NCBI GenBank assembly: GCA_022797635.1
Contig: JAAWKZ010000005.1
Coordinates: forward strand, 1-51,902
Origin: Clostridia bacterium
Lineage (GTDB): Bacteria; Bacillota; Clostridia; TANB77; CAG-508
Reading direction: 5' to 3'
DNA length: 51,902 nucleotides
Shown: one piece after another, positions 29,010-39,400 of the stretch
How positions within the stretch are numbered: the stretch's first letter is position 1
Layout: each line of letters starts with the position of its first letter
The notes under the pieces: model-generated
Told to the model about the DNA's origin: nothing
The model's database searches: none
What the model saw: the letters and a program-made list of their open reading frames with translations, nothing else
Translations under genes and position numbers: made by a program

Positions 29010-31829
29010 CTAGATGCAAAAGCCAGGCGCAACACCAAAGTAGTTGCTCGCGTGGTTGGCATAGACTGTGTTGCCGCTGCTATAGACATAGCAGAAGTAG
29101 CTGCTGTTGTGGTAATAAGGCGAACGAAGCCACCACCAGTACGTACTGCCTGAGGCATTGTACTTTTGACGTCCTGTGCTCGAACTGTTCCATGCGTCTG
29201 TTACTCCTTGGTAATATTTATACTGTGGTCCTTCTGATGTGATTGCATAGCCGTATGTTCCACTTCCATTATATCCGTTATTTACTACCTCGCTTGCTGC
29301 TAATAACCATAAGTAATCATTACATGTTGCTACACTACTTGCACTATTATATGTTCCAATGTACTTCTTCTTTACTTGTTTGATATATGCTTTATTACTT
29401 AGCTTGTCTTTTCCTTCTGCTCCATTTAAAAATGTTCTCATTGCTGTATTTGCCCAGCCTCCACTGTTTGTATTACTACTGTTCATTTGCTTATATGTGT
29501 TTCCTGTCATGAAATCTAAGAATTCAAAACTTATACTTGCCTTACTATGGTTTCCTCCATACACTCCACTATTTACTAAATCATCGTGTTTAAATCCTAA
29601 TACTCTTACTCTTCTTTCATCTGTACCATATCTTACTTTATAGATATCTCCTACTTTTATGGTTTTACTTGTTCCATTTACTGTCACCGTTGCTTGTGTT
29701 GAACTGCTTGTAACACTACTATTTGCAATAGCTTTTGCCATCTCATTTAGTTCATCCCATGATGCTGCTATTTGATCCACTGCTTTTACTGTTACACTAC
29801 ATGTTGCTGATTTATTACTTCCATCCGCTGTCTTTACTGTGATTGTTGCAGTTCCTGCTTTTACACCTGTTACTAAACCTGTATTGCTTACTGTTGCTAC
29901 TCCTGTATTGCTTGAACTCCATGTTACTGATTTATTTTTTGTACCTGCTGGTGTTACTGTTGCTGTCAATTGTGTTGTCTTTCCTTCATCCATTGAAGCT
30001 GTTGTTGGGCTTACTGTTATTCCTGTTGCCAATTGATTTACAGTTACTGCTCCTGACACTGTTTCTACCTTATTTCCTGCATTATCTACTGTTAATACAT
30101 GTAAATAATATGTTCCTGCCGTTGTTGTTGACCATGTAATACTTTGACTATTGCTACTGAATGTTCCTCCTGTATAGCTACTTGCATTTGTTCCTAGCCT
30201 TGTAGCACTTGTTGTGAATACCCATTTACACTCTGCTGCTTTTGGTCCACTTTCATTATCTTGATGTGTTACTGTTGCTGTAATATTTGCTCCTGTATTT
30301 GCACTTGTTGTTAAATTACTAATTGTTGCCTTTGGATCTACTCCATCTCTTATTGCTACATATGCTGAATCTCCAGCGTTTGTTCCATCGTATAGTCTTG
30401 CATATACACTGTCTCCATGGTTCAACTCTGATACAGTTGTAGTCTTTGTTCCTGCTGGAACTGTTGTCCATGTTCCACTGATTCCATTCTTTTGCCATTG
30501 AATCTGTAAATTTGTTGAAGTAGTTAGTGTAATACTTGCTTTTCCACTTGACCATGTTGGACTACTTGCTATAATACTTCCTGTTGTTAAGTCCGAACCA
30601 GCTCCACCTACTGTTCCTGTTTTAATTCCAGTTGATGTTCCAGCTCCTTCATTCTCTGCTTTATCTTTTGTTGTTACTTTTACATCATAATTTGTATTTT
30701 GTGTTAATCCTGTAAAAGTATAGCTTGCATTTGTTCCTGTATATTTTGCTGTACCATAACTACTGTCTGATGACTTTTTAATGAAGAAACTATAGCTTGG
30801 ACTTGTTGCCATTCCCCATTCTGCATCTGTTGCTGATGCTGTTACTGTAATGCTATTTGTTGTTACACTTCCTTTAGCAACTGATACAATTGGTGCTCCT
30901 CCATCTCTAATTTCTACTGTTGCTACATCACCTTCATTTCTTCCATCTGTTGCTCTTGCATAAACTGTGTCGTTATGATTTAAGTTACCAATTGGTCCAT
31001 TATATGGTTGCCATGTTCCATCAATTCCATTAACTTGATATTCCAATTTAAATCTTGATTCTGCATCTTTTAACATTAATTCTATACTTGCTTTTCCAGC
31101 TGACCAAGTAGTTATTCCTTTTTGTTGAATTGTTCCATATCTTAATTCACCTGTTAATTCACTAATAACTGTCTCACTTGTTCCTTTTTTATTTTTTACA
31201 ACTACTTTTATATCATATATTTTGTCTGGGTCTAAATTAGTAAAGTCTGCAGTTAAATCTGTTGTATTTTGTTTTCCTGCCAACTCATGATAAGTTACCT
31301 CATCTGACTTTTTATAGTAATAGCTTAACTTTCCCTCTTCTAATCTTCTTACTGTTACTGCTACTGAAATACTATCGCTTGATTTAGTAGTTACTGTAAT
31401 TGATCCTACTTTTGGTGGTAGTTTGTCACCTTGTACCACTTCTCCTACTGAAATTTCTCCATCAGGTGTCACAATAATTTCTACTACACATCCATCTGTT
31501 GTATCTACTATATATACATCATTTTCTCCATCTTTATCTGGTCCTGTTACATCTTTATCACTCTCAATAATTCCTGCATCAATTAATTTATCCCAAAATT
31601 CATCTAGTCCAACATCTGGATTAGTTTGTTTTTGCATCCACCAATCCATAAGAGCAATCTCTATTTTTTCTCTTGCTTGTGCTGTTTGTGTCTTTTCCTT
31701 AGCTGCTACAGCTTTTTGAAATATACTATTATCTCCCATAACATAGTTAATAGTTATACCTGCTAAAATAAGTAAAACTACAATTGTAACTACTAATGCT
31801 ATTAAAGTAATACCTTTGTTTCTTTTCAT
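29010..31829 (-). CDS. DGR target: pilin-leader surface protein with FN3-like repeats, Big_2 Ig domain and C-terminal WWLRSP (DUF6273/CLec-like) variable domain
   Basis: MKRNKG-ITLIALVVTIVVLLILAG leader; FTGLTQNTNYDVKV (FN3); VTWSSSNTGVATV (Big_2); VR at the 3' end. Confidence 0.92.
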   Translation of the reverse strand: MKRNKGITLIALVVTIVVLLILAGITINYVMGDNSIFQKAVAAKEKTQTAQAREKIEIALMDWWMQKQTNPDVGLDEFWDKLIDAGIIESDKDVTGPDKDGENDVYIVDTTDGCVVEIIVTPDGEISVGEVVQGDKLPPKVGSITVTTKSSDSISVAVTVRRLEEGKLSYYYKKSDEVTYHELAGKQNTTDLTADFTNLDPDKIYDIKVVVKNKKGTSETVISELTGELRYGTIQQKGITTWSAGKASIELMLKDAESRFKLEYQVNGIDGTWQPYNGPIGNLNHNDTVYARATDGRNEGDVATVEIRDGGAPIVSVAKGSVTTNSITVTASATDAEWGMATSPSYSFFIKKSSDSSYGTAKYTGTNASYTFTGLTQNTNYDVKVTTKDKAENEGAGTSTGIKTGTVGGAGSDLTTGSIIASSPTWSSGKASITLTTSTNLQIQWQKNGISGTWTTVPAGTKTTTVSELNHGDSVYARLYDGTNAGDSAYVAIRDGVDPKATISNLTTSANTGANITATVTHQDNESGPKAAECKWVFTTSATRLGTNASSYTGGTFSSNSQSITWSTTTAGTYYLHVLTVDNAGNKVETVSGAVTVNQLATGITVSPTTASMDEGKTTQLTATVTPAGTKNKSVTWSSSNTGVATVSNTGLVTGVKAGTATITVKTADGSNKSATCSVTVKAVDQIAASWDELNEMAKAIANSSVTSSSTQATVTVNGTSKTIKVGDIYKVRYGTDERRVRVLGFKHDDLVNSGVYGGNHSKASISFEFLDFMTGNTYKQMNSSNTNSGGWANTAMRTFLNGAEGKDKLSNKAYIKQVKKKYIGTYNSASSVATCNDYLWLLAASEVVNNGYNGSGTYGYAITSEGPQYKYYQGVTDAWNSSSTGRQKYNASGSTYWWWLRSPYYHNSSYFCYVYSSGNTVYANHASNYFGVAPGFCI
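29019..29153 (-). repeat. DGR variable repeat (VR)
   Basis: Colinear 135-nt match to TR1; encodes SGSTYWWWLRSPYYHNSSYFCYVYSSGNTVYANHASNYFGVAPGF. Confidence 0.93.
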
Positions 31830-31848
31830 ATTCTCCCTCCTTCCTTTC

Positions 31849-32346
31849 TTATTTTGCTTCTATTTTAAAGTCTTTTGCATTTACTGCATCTTTTCCACTA
31901 ATAATAACATTTAATTGTTCTGTTGCTCCTGGTTCAATATCTTTTATTACTGGGCTTAATACATCTATTGCTTGATTGTTTTCATCTAAAATTGTGATCT
32001 TTACAATTTCTGCATTATGTTTTATGCTTCCTATGTTTTTCATATCTGCTAATAATACACTTCTTCCTTCTTCATAAGTAAATTGAATATTGGTAAATTC
32101 TATATTATTATATCTTTTTGTCTTATTAAACTCTGTGCTATTATTAATTTTTGTTCCGTCTTCTATATTGGTAGCATATTTTTCTGTATTATTTTCTGTT
32201 GGTTTTAGAATATTTCCTTGTGTTTCTTTTGTTTTGTCTCCTGATCCTTTTGTAACTAATACTACAACTAATAATGCTATTAATACTACTCCTACTAATA
32301 TTAAAATTCCTTTCTTTTCTTTACCTGTCATTTTTTTATCCTCCAT
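31849..32346 (-). CDS. Membrane-anchored Ig-like (FxLYD-like) protein, apparent first gene of the DGR operon
   Basis: N-terminal TM helix, beta-rich C-terminus (KDIEPGATEQL); 19 nt upstream of the target ATG. Confidence 0.7.
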   Translation of the reverse strand: MEDKKMTGKEKKGILILVGVVLIALLVVVLVTKGSGDKTKETQGNILKPTENNTEKYATNIEDGTKINNSTEFNKTKRYNNIEFTNIQFTYEEGRSVLLADMKNIGSIKHNAEIVKITILDENNQAIDVLSPVIKDIEPGATEQLNVIISGKDAVNAKDFKIEAK

Positions 32347-32972
32347 TTTCTATTTATTTGGGCAGCTTTTACTGTCTCATTTCTATATATTATTTGGTCT
32401 TTTTTTCCAAACTATATATTCTTTGTTCTAAAATTTTCTTTTTGCCTAGTAAAATCGCCACTAGAAAATGGTCATTTGCATTTTACTATTTTCAAAAAGA
32501 AAGATTAGCTTTTCTATATGAAACTGCCAAAAAACTATTCAAAATCCCTTATTTTACACTTTTAGATAGTTTTCGACATATTTCGTATCGTTTTGTCCTC
32601 TATCCTGTGTCAATCACCCCAATTTCCGCACAAAAAGGACAGCCTATACAATTGCATAGCCTATCCTTAAAGTTTCTATATTTTATATATATTTTTTGCT
32701 CTATAAATAAAACTGACTTTTTCATTTGCAACTCTCCTATTACCTATTCTTACGTATCACTTATTGTTGATAATATTTTAACGAAGTTGACTTCTATTTT
32801 ACAAAATTAAAACAAATTGTTTTGCGTTTTTTGTATTTTTTTATGCTTTTTTGTCATGTATTTTTTTTCACTCTTAGCGTAAAGCAAAATAGAAAAGTTT
32901 TGACAAATAAATATTGAATTTTCTGGTATTTTTTTATATAATGGTGGAAAAATATATACGAGGAGTTTTTAT

Positions 32973-34370
32973 ATGGAAATTAAACGCGTTTTAATAAAAG
33001 ATTTATACAGAAATACAGATACTCATATTGGAAGTACCATTCAAATTTCTGGTTGGGTTAAAACCTTACGTGATTCTAAGAATTTTGGTTTTATTGAATT
33101 AAATGATGGTAGCTTTTTCAAAAACATTCAAGTTGTTTTTGATTCTGCACTTTCTAATTTTGAAGAAGTTCGAAAATTATCTATCAGTTCTTCTATTATC
33201 GTAACAGGGCAAATTGTAAAAACTGAAAATGCAAAACAACCTTTTGAATTAAAAGCAAAAAGTATTGAAATTTTCAATCAAGCGGATTTAGATTATCCAC
33301 TTCAAAAGAAAAGACATTCTTTTGAATATTTAAGAACTATTTCACATTTACGTCCTAGAACCAATACATTTAATGCTGTATTTAGAGTTAGAAGTGTACT
33401 TTCTTTTGCTATACACAAATTTTTTCAAGAAAGAGGATTCGTTTATGTACACACACCTATCATTACTGGAAGTGACTGTGAAGGAGCAGGCGAAATGTTT
33501 AGAGTTACTACCATGGATATGGAAAACCCTGTCAAATGTGAAGATGGAAATGTAGACTATTCTCAAGATTTCTTTGGTAAACAATCTCACCTAACAGTTA
33601 GTGGGCAATTAGATGTAGAAACTTTTGCACATGCCTTTCGTAATGTATATACTTTTGGTCCTACCTTTAGAGCTGAAAACTCTAATACGGTTAAGCATGC
33701 TGCTGAGTTTTGGATGATTGAACCTGAAATTTGCTTCGCTGATTTGCAAGATGACATGAATCTAGCAGAAGATATGATTAAATATATTATTTCTTATGTA
33801 TTAGAAAATGCCCCTGAAGAAATGGAGTTCTTTAATCAGTTTATTGATACTAGCTTATTAGAAAGATTACATCATGTAGTCAACTCTGATTTTGGAAGAA
33901 TTACTTATACAGAAGCAATCAAAGAATTAGAAAAAGTAAATGATCAATTTGAATATCCTGTTCATTGGGGCACTGACATTCAAACAGAACATGAAAGGTA
34001 CTTAAGTGAAAAACTTTTTGGAAAACCAGTTTTTGTTACTGATTATCCAAAAGAAATCAAGGCTTTTTATATGAAACAAAATGATGATGGTAAAACAGTT
34101 GCTGCAACCGATTTACTAGTACCCGGTATTGGAGAAATTATTGGTGGTAGTCAAAGAGAAGATGACTTTGAGAAATTAGACAAACGTTTAGAAGAACTCG
34201 GGTTAAATAAAGAAGACTACTGGTGGTACATGGACTTAAGAAGATATGGAAGTTGTGTTCACAGTGGTTTTGGACTTGGATTCGAAAGAATGATGATGTA
34301 TTTAACTGGTATGCAAAATATTCGTGATGTACTACCTTTCCCTAGAACACCAAATAATTGTGAATTTTAA
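32973..34370 (+). CDS. asnS: Asparagine-tRNA ligase
   Basis: [22 protein letters not shown] and GLGFER motifs. Confidence 0.96.
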   Translation: MEIKRVLIKDLYRNTDTHIGSTIQISGWVKTLRDSKNFGFIELNDGSFFKNIQVVFDSALSNFEEVRKLSISSSIIVTGQIVKTENAKQPFELKAKSIEIFNQADLDYPLQKKRHSFEYLRTISHLRPRTNTFNAVFRVRSVLSFAIHKFFQERGFVYVHTPIITGSDCEGAGEMFRVTTMDMENPVKCEDGNVDYSQDFFGKQSHLTVSGQLDVETFAHAFRNVYTFGPTFRAENSNTVKHAAEFWMIEPEICFADLQDDMNLAEDMIKYIISYVLENAPEEMEFFNQFIDTSLLERLHHVVNSDFGRITYTEAIKELEKVNDQFEYPVHWGTDIQTEHERYLSEKLFGKPVFVTDYPKEIKAFYMKQNDDGKTVAATDLLVPGIGEIIGGSQREDDFEKLDKRLEELGLNKEDYWWYMDLRRYGSCVHSGFGLGFERMMMYLTGMQNIRDVLPFPRTPNNCEF

Positions 34371-34374
34371 AAAA

Positions 34375-34425
34375 GTCGCACTGAGGAACACATGTCGCAC
34401 AAACTAACGTCCCCAAGTGCGACAT
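34375..34425. repeat. REP-like palindrome, copy C
   Basis: gtcgcact...atgtcgcac-aaactaacgtcccc-aagtgcgacat. Confidence 0.75.
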
Positions 34426-34589
34426 TTTTTGCTTTATTTGCCAATTCGTGGTATAATATAGCATATATCTTTTTATTAAATAATGTCATTGACATTATTT
34501 AAAATTCCATATGAAAGGCTTTCGGGCTTTTTATATGTTTAAATATACAAATTCCTATCCACATTTATTATTTTAGGAGGTTTTACACC

Positions 34590-35480
34590 ATGAAAAAACG
34601 TCAACTTTTAGCAACCCTCTTGGCGCTTGTACTTATGGTTTCGGCTTTGCCGATTACCGCCAGCGCCGCTTACTACTGCGAGTCCGTGTCTATCAGTGTG
34701 GATGGCATCTTCATTGATGATGTAGATGCCTACTTGGATGATGACGACTGTGTTCGGGTTTCTACATCCGAGGATCTGCTTAAAATCTTCCCCAGAGAAT
34801 TAGAGGACACAGTTATCGCATACGACCCTTGGGACGGTATTGTTGTCGAAGATTATGTCAATGACTTCGGCTACGAATCACACTTGAAGGTCAGCTATGA
34901 CAACGGCAAATATTTTTGCTACACCCTCTATATCTACACCGATACGAACAACAGCTGTGGAAATAATTGGTCTGGTACAGATTGGGAATATCCCGAAGTA
35001 TATATCAATGGCATCTATACCCCGATGTCTGATATTTATCAGTACTGGAACATTGATTTTTCCAAATACAGCACCACCACTTTTTCTGGCAACCGGGTCT
35101 ATCTGAACAATGACGGCAACTCTCCAGTTGAAGTTGTGGTGAATGGACGTCTTATTCATTTTCCTGATCAACAGCCCATTATCATGGCTCCAGGCAGAAC
35201 AATGGTGCCTGTACGTACCATTGCCGAGATGCTTGGCTTCAGGGTAGATTGGGACACCAAGCAGAACTGTGCTGTTATCACACAGGGAAATAATACTATG
35301 TATATCTACCCTGGTAGCACCAGCTATCTGTTCAATGGCAAATATTATACCATGGATGTTCAACCCGTGGTGCTGAATGGAAGGACTATGGTTCCTCTTC
35401 GCTTCGTCGCTGAAGCTTTTGGATACACTGTCAATTTCCATAGTGGTAACGTCTTTACCGTATTTCTGAACTCAAGGTAG
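34590..35480 (+). CDS. Secreted protein with copper-amine-oxidase N-terminal (stalk)-like domain, GC-rich
   Basis: Signal peptide; GRTMVPVRTIAEMLG and GRTMVPLRFVAEAFG repeats; AGGAGG RBS. Confidence 0.85.
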   Translation: MKKRQLLATLLALVLMVSALPITASAAYYCESVSISVDGIFIDDVDAYLDDDDCVRVSTSEDLLKIFPRELEDTVIAYDPWDGIVVEDYVNDFGYESHLKVSYDNGKYFCYTLYIYTDTNNSCGNNWSGTDWEYPEVYINGIYTPMSDIYQYWNIDFSKYSTTTFSGNRVYLNNDGNSPVEVVVNGRLIHFPDQQPIIMAPGRTMVPVRTIAEMLGFRVDWDTKQNCAVITQGNNTMYIYPGSTSYLFNGKYYTMDVQPVVLNGRTMVPLRFVAEAFGYTVNFHSGNVFTVFLNSR

Positions 35481-35526
35481 TCTCTCAATTATACGAATTT
35501 GTATGTTTTTAGTTCTTAACAGAGCT

Positions 35527-35564
35527 AACCACCCCGCCAGTTTTCTTAGCTGGCGGGGTGGTTT
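35527..35564 (+). terminator. GC-rich intrinsic terminator
   Basis: aaccaccccgccag...ctggcggggtggtt. Confidence 0.8.
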
Positions 35565-35565
35565 A

Positions 35566-35615
35566 TATCGCACTAGGGACAGATGTCACACAAACTAACG
35601 TCCCCTAGCGCGACA
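35566..35615. repeat. REP-like palindrome, copy D
   Basis: tcgcactagggac...aaactaacgtcccctagcgcga. Confidence 0.75.
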
Positions 35616-36397
35616 TTTTTCTTCTTACATATTCATAAATCATAATACTAGCAGCAACAGATGCATTTAAACTCTCTGTCTTTCCGAAGCATCGGAATTT
35701 TTACTTTTATATCTGCCATATCTTGAACTTCTCTAGAAACTCCCTTTGACTCATTTCCAATCACTATTACCTTTTTACGATAGTCTACTTCATAAATGCT
35801 TTTGCTCTCCTCTAGTGAAGTCGCCATTATCTCAAACTTATGTCTTCTTATATTTTGCAAAGTTTTTTGTAAATTCTGTGTTGTAATAATATTCATTCTA
35901 AAAATCGCTCCCATTGTAGAACGTACTACTTTAGGATTATATGGATCTGCACAATCTCCAGTTAAAATAATTTGTTTCAAGGCAGCACTATCTGCAGTCC
36001 TTAAAATTGTTCCCAAATTTCCTGGGTCTTGTACTCCGTCTAAAGCTAAAATAATATCTTCATTATAAGCAATATTATCACTATTATCTCCCTTTTCTAC
36101 TACCGCTAAAATCCCCTGTGGATTGACAACATCTGTAATACTTTGAAATAACTTTTTAGTAACATAAATACAATTATATTTAGCAATTTCATATAAAAGG
36201 CTTTGTTCTATACTGCCATCATTATCACAATCTTCACAAACTACTATCATTTTAATAGTAACATTTTCTTCAATTGCTTCTTTTACTAGTTTAATACCTT
36301 CTACTAAATATTCTTTTGTTTCATCTCGAAACTTTTTATCTTTCAATTTCTTAATATATTTAATTTGCTCATTGTCTTTACTTGAAATAATTTGCAT
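35605..36397 (-). CDS. TrmH/SpoU-family RNA methyltransferase with a +1 frameshift at 35686
   Basis: QDPGNLGTILR and IGNESKG in frame 0; GKTESLNASVAASIMIYE continues in the +1 frame to TAG at 35605. Confidence 0.88.
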
Positions 36398-36411
36398 TTT
36401 GTCACTCCTAT

Positions 36412-39400
36412 CTAACTACACAAATTTAAAAATTCTTTTACTTTGCTTATAATCTCTTTTTCTGTACGTTCTCTAACTTTGAAAGTAACATATGGCTCAA
36501 TTCCCTTCGAAAAACGAATGGCAATACCATATTGTTCATACAACTTCTCCATTTTTTCTGGTGTCATAACTTCTCTTGCAAAATAGAATACTATACTTTC
36601 TGGTCTTTGACTAATCTTAGTTGCTCCCACTTTTCTTGCTAGTTCTTTTATTCTAGCAATTTCTAATAAATTTTCTAATTCCACTGGTAGTTTTCCATAA
36701 CGGTCAATTACTTCATCTACTACATTTTGAATATCCTCTTCTGTTCTACAAAGAGCAATATTTTGATAAATTTCAATCTTTTGACTGCTATTATCAATAA
36801 AACTATCTGGTATATAGCTAGAAACAGATAAATCAATTTGTACATCTTGTTCTTCTCTTACTTCTATTCCTTGCATATTTTTGATGACTTCATCTAATAG
36901 CTTACAATACGTATCATATCCTACTTGTTCCATATGCCCATGCTGCATTTCTCCAAGCATGCTTCCTGCTCCGCGTATTTCTAAATCCCTCATTGCAATT
37001 TTAAATCCAGAACCAAATTCTGTAAATTCCTTTATTGCCTTTAATCTCTTGTCAGCTACTTCTGATAGTAGTTTATCTCTTCTATACATAATATAAGAAT
37101 ATGCTTGTTTTTCTCCTCTTCCAACTCTTCCTCTAATTTGATATAGCTGTGCTAATCCTAGCCTATCTGCATTTTCTACAATAATGGTATTAGCATTAGG
37201 AATATCAATTCCTGATTCTAAAATAGTAGTACAAACTAGTACATTAATTTCTTTTTTGATAAAGCTCTCCATAATTTCTTCTAGCTCTCTGCCAGACATT
37301 TGCCCATGAGCAAATCCTACTTTTGCTTCTGGAACTAGATGCGAAATTTCAGATGCTTTCTTCTCAATTCCCTCTACTTGGTTATATAGATAAAAGATTT
37401 GTCCTTCTCTTTCTAATTCTCTAGTAATAGCTTCTTGTACTACCTCTTTGTCATATTCTAATACATAAGTCTGTACAGGTTTTCTATTATGTGGTGGTTC
37501 ATAGATAACTGACATATCTCTTACGCCCACAATAGACATATGAAGCGTTCTAGGAATTGGCGTCGCTGTCATAGTTAACACATCTACATTATTTTTTAAT
37601 TGTTTGATTCTCTCTTTGTCTTTTACTCCAAAACGATGCTCTTCATCAATAATTAGTAGGCCTAAATCTTTGAAAATAACGTCTTGACTTAATAATCTAT
37701 GTGTTCCAACTACAACATCTACTTCTCCTAATTTTAGCTTTTTTACGATTTCATTTTGTTCTTTTTTGGTTCTAAAACGATTGAGCAATTCTACTTTCAT
37801 CGCAAATTCGCCCATTCTTGTCTTAAACTCCTCATACTGTTGATTGGCTAAAATAGTAGTTGGCACTAAATAAGCCACTTGTTTTTGGTCCATGACTGCC
37901 TTAAAAGCAGCACGAATAGCAACTTCCGTTTTTCCATATCCCACATCACCACAAAGAAGTCTGTCCATAGGAGTATCTCTTTCCATGTCTTTTTTTACTT
38001 CTTCAATACATCTTAGTTGATCCTCTGTCTCACTATATGGGAAGCTATCTTCAAATTGTGTTTGCCAAGGTGTATCTGGTGCATAGGCATATCCTTTTAT
38101 TTTTTGCCTTTTTGCATACAATTCTACTAAATCTTTTGCAATTTCTTCTAAATGCTTTTTAACTTTATTAGTAGTTGCACTCCATTCCTTTCCTCCTAAT
38201 TTATTTAATTTAGGACTAGAAGATTCACCACCACCAATATACTTTCTAACAGTATCTAAGTTATTAGTAGGTACATAAAGCATGTCATCATTTCTATATT
38301 GAATTTTAATATAATCTTTAGTCACATCATCTGCTGTAATAGTATTGACTCCTACAAATTGCCCAATACCATGTGTTTGATGCACAACAAAATCGCCTGG
38401 TTTTAAGTCTGCAAATACTATTTTTTCAGCTTGTTTAAAATTATTCGTTAATTTCTTTCTTTTGGGCTGTACCTCAAAGCTAGCTTCCATACTAATAACT
38501 ACTAAACCAATATCTACATTTTCAAAACCACTCGATAAACTACCTAAAGTGACAATAATTTCACCTGTTCTTATCACTACTTCACTTTCTTTTTCACCCT
38601 CTGCCATCTGCTCTTTTAAATTAGGCTCATAGCGATAATTCATCTCATTCTCTTTTAAAATATCACATACTTTTTTACTATTTAATTCATTTCCTGTCAA
38701 TAAAATAACTTTCTTTTTTTCTTTCTGATAAATCTTCAAATCCGAAAGTAACATTTCTAGTTCTAAACTATGAAAATGAATTTCCCTAGTATCAAAATGA
38801 AATTTTGTCATATTCTTTAAAATGTCATTTTGCTCTAAGTACAGTATTTGTTTTTGCTCCAAGTTATATTCAAAATTGCTCATATTTTGAATCGCTTCTG
38901 GTACAAACCTTTCTTTTTCAATTAAAGAATCCATCAAATGATTATTATCTAAGATAATATTTTCTTGTCTTTGACCTATTTTAGAGTTTTCATCTAATAC
39001 AAGCAAATATTCTTTTGATAAATAATCTAAAAAGTTTTCTTGCTGTTCATAAAATTGATTGAAATATTTATCAACTTTGCTGCTATACACACCTTGTTCA
39101 ATCAATTCTATATCTTCTTTTTCCTCTGGGTATTTTTCTTTTATTTTGCTCACAGCTTGCTTGACATCTTTTACTAATAATTCATGTGCTGGAAAAATGA
39201 TAATACTTTTTAACATTTCTGTTGATCTTTGAGAGGCAAGTTTAAAATAACGAATGGAATCTACTTCATCTCCCCAAAACTCAATTCTCACTCCAATATT
39301 TTCTGAGAGCCCTATATCTAAAATACCACCACGAATAGAAAACTGTCCTTTGTTTTCTACTAACTCATTTCGTTCATACCCTAGCTCTACCAAAGTATTC

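Larger units (their letters stand above)
24278..31829 (-). mobile_element. Diversity-generating retroelement with a 7-cassette template array (target-VR, avd, TR x7, RT)
   Basis: RT plus Avd plus adenine-specific TR/VR mismatches, all co-oriented. Confidence 0.95.

Noticed and set aside
25387-29158. ORFs overlapping the array and VR (e.g. 25387..25713, 26334..26576, 26942..27124, 28085..28408, 28890..29153, 28964..29158)
   Set aside because: These are by-products of stop-poor AAC/GTT-rich TR sequence; frames and starts are not conserved between units and RBSs are lacking.
24139-32973. Prophage or ICE carrying the DGR
   Set aside because: No integrase, phage structural or conjugation genes, and no evident att repeats in the window.
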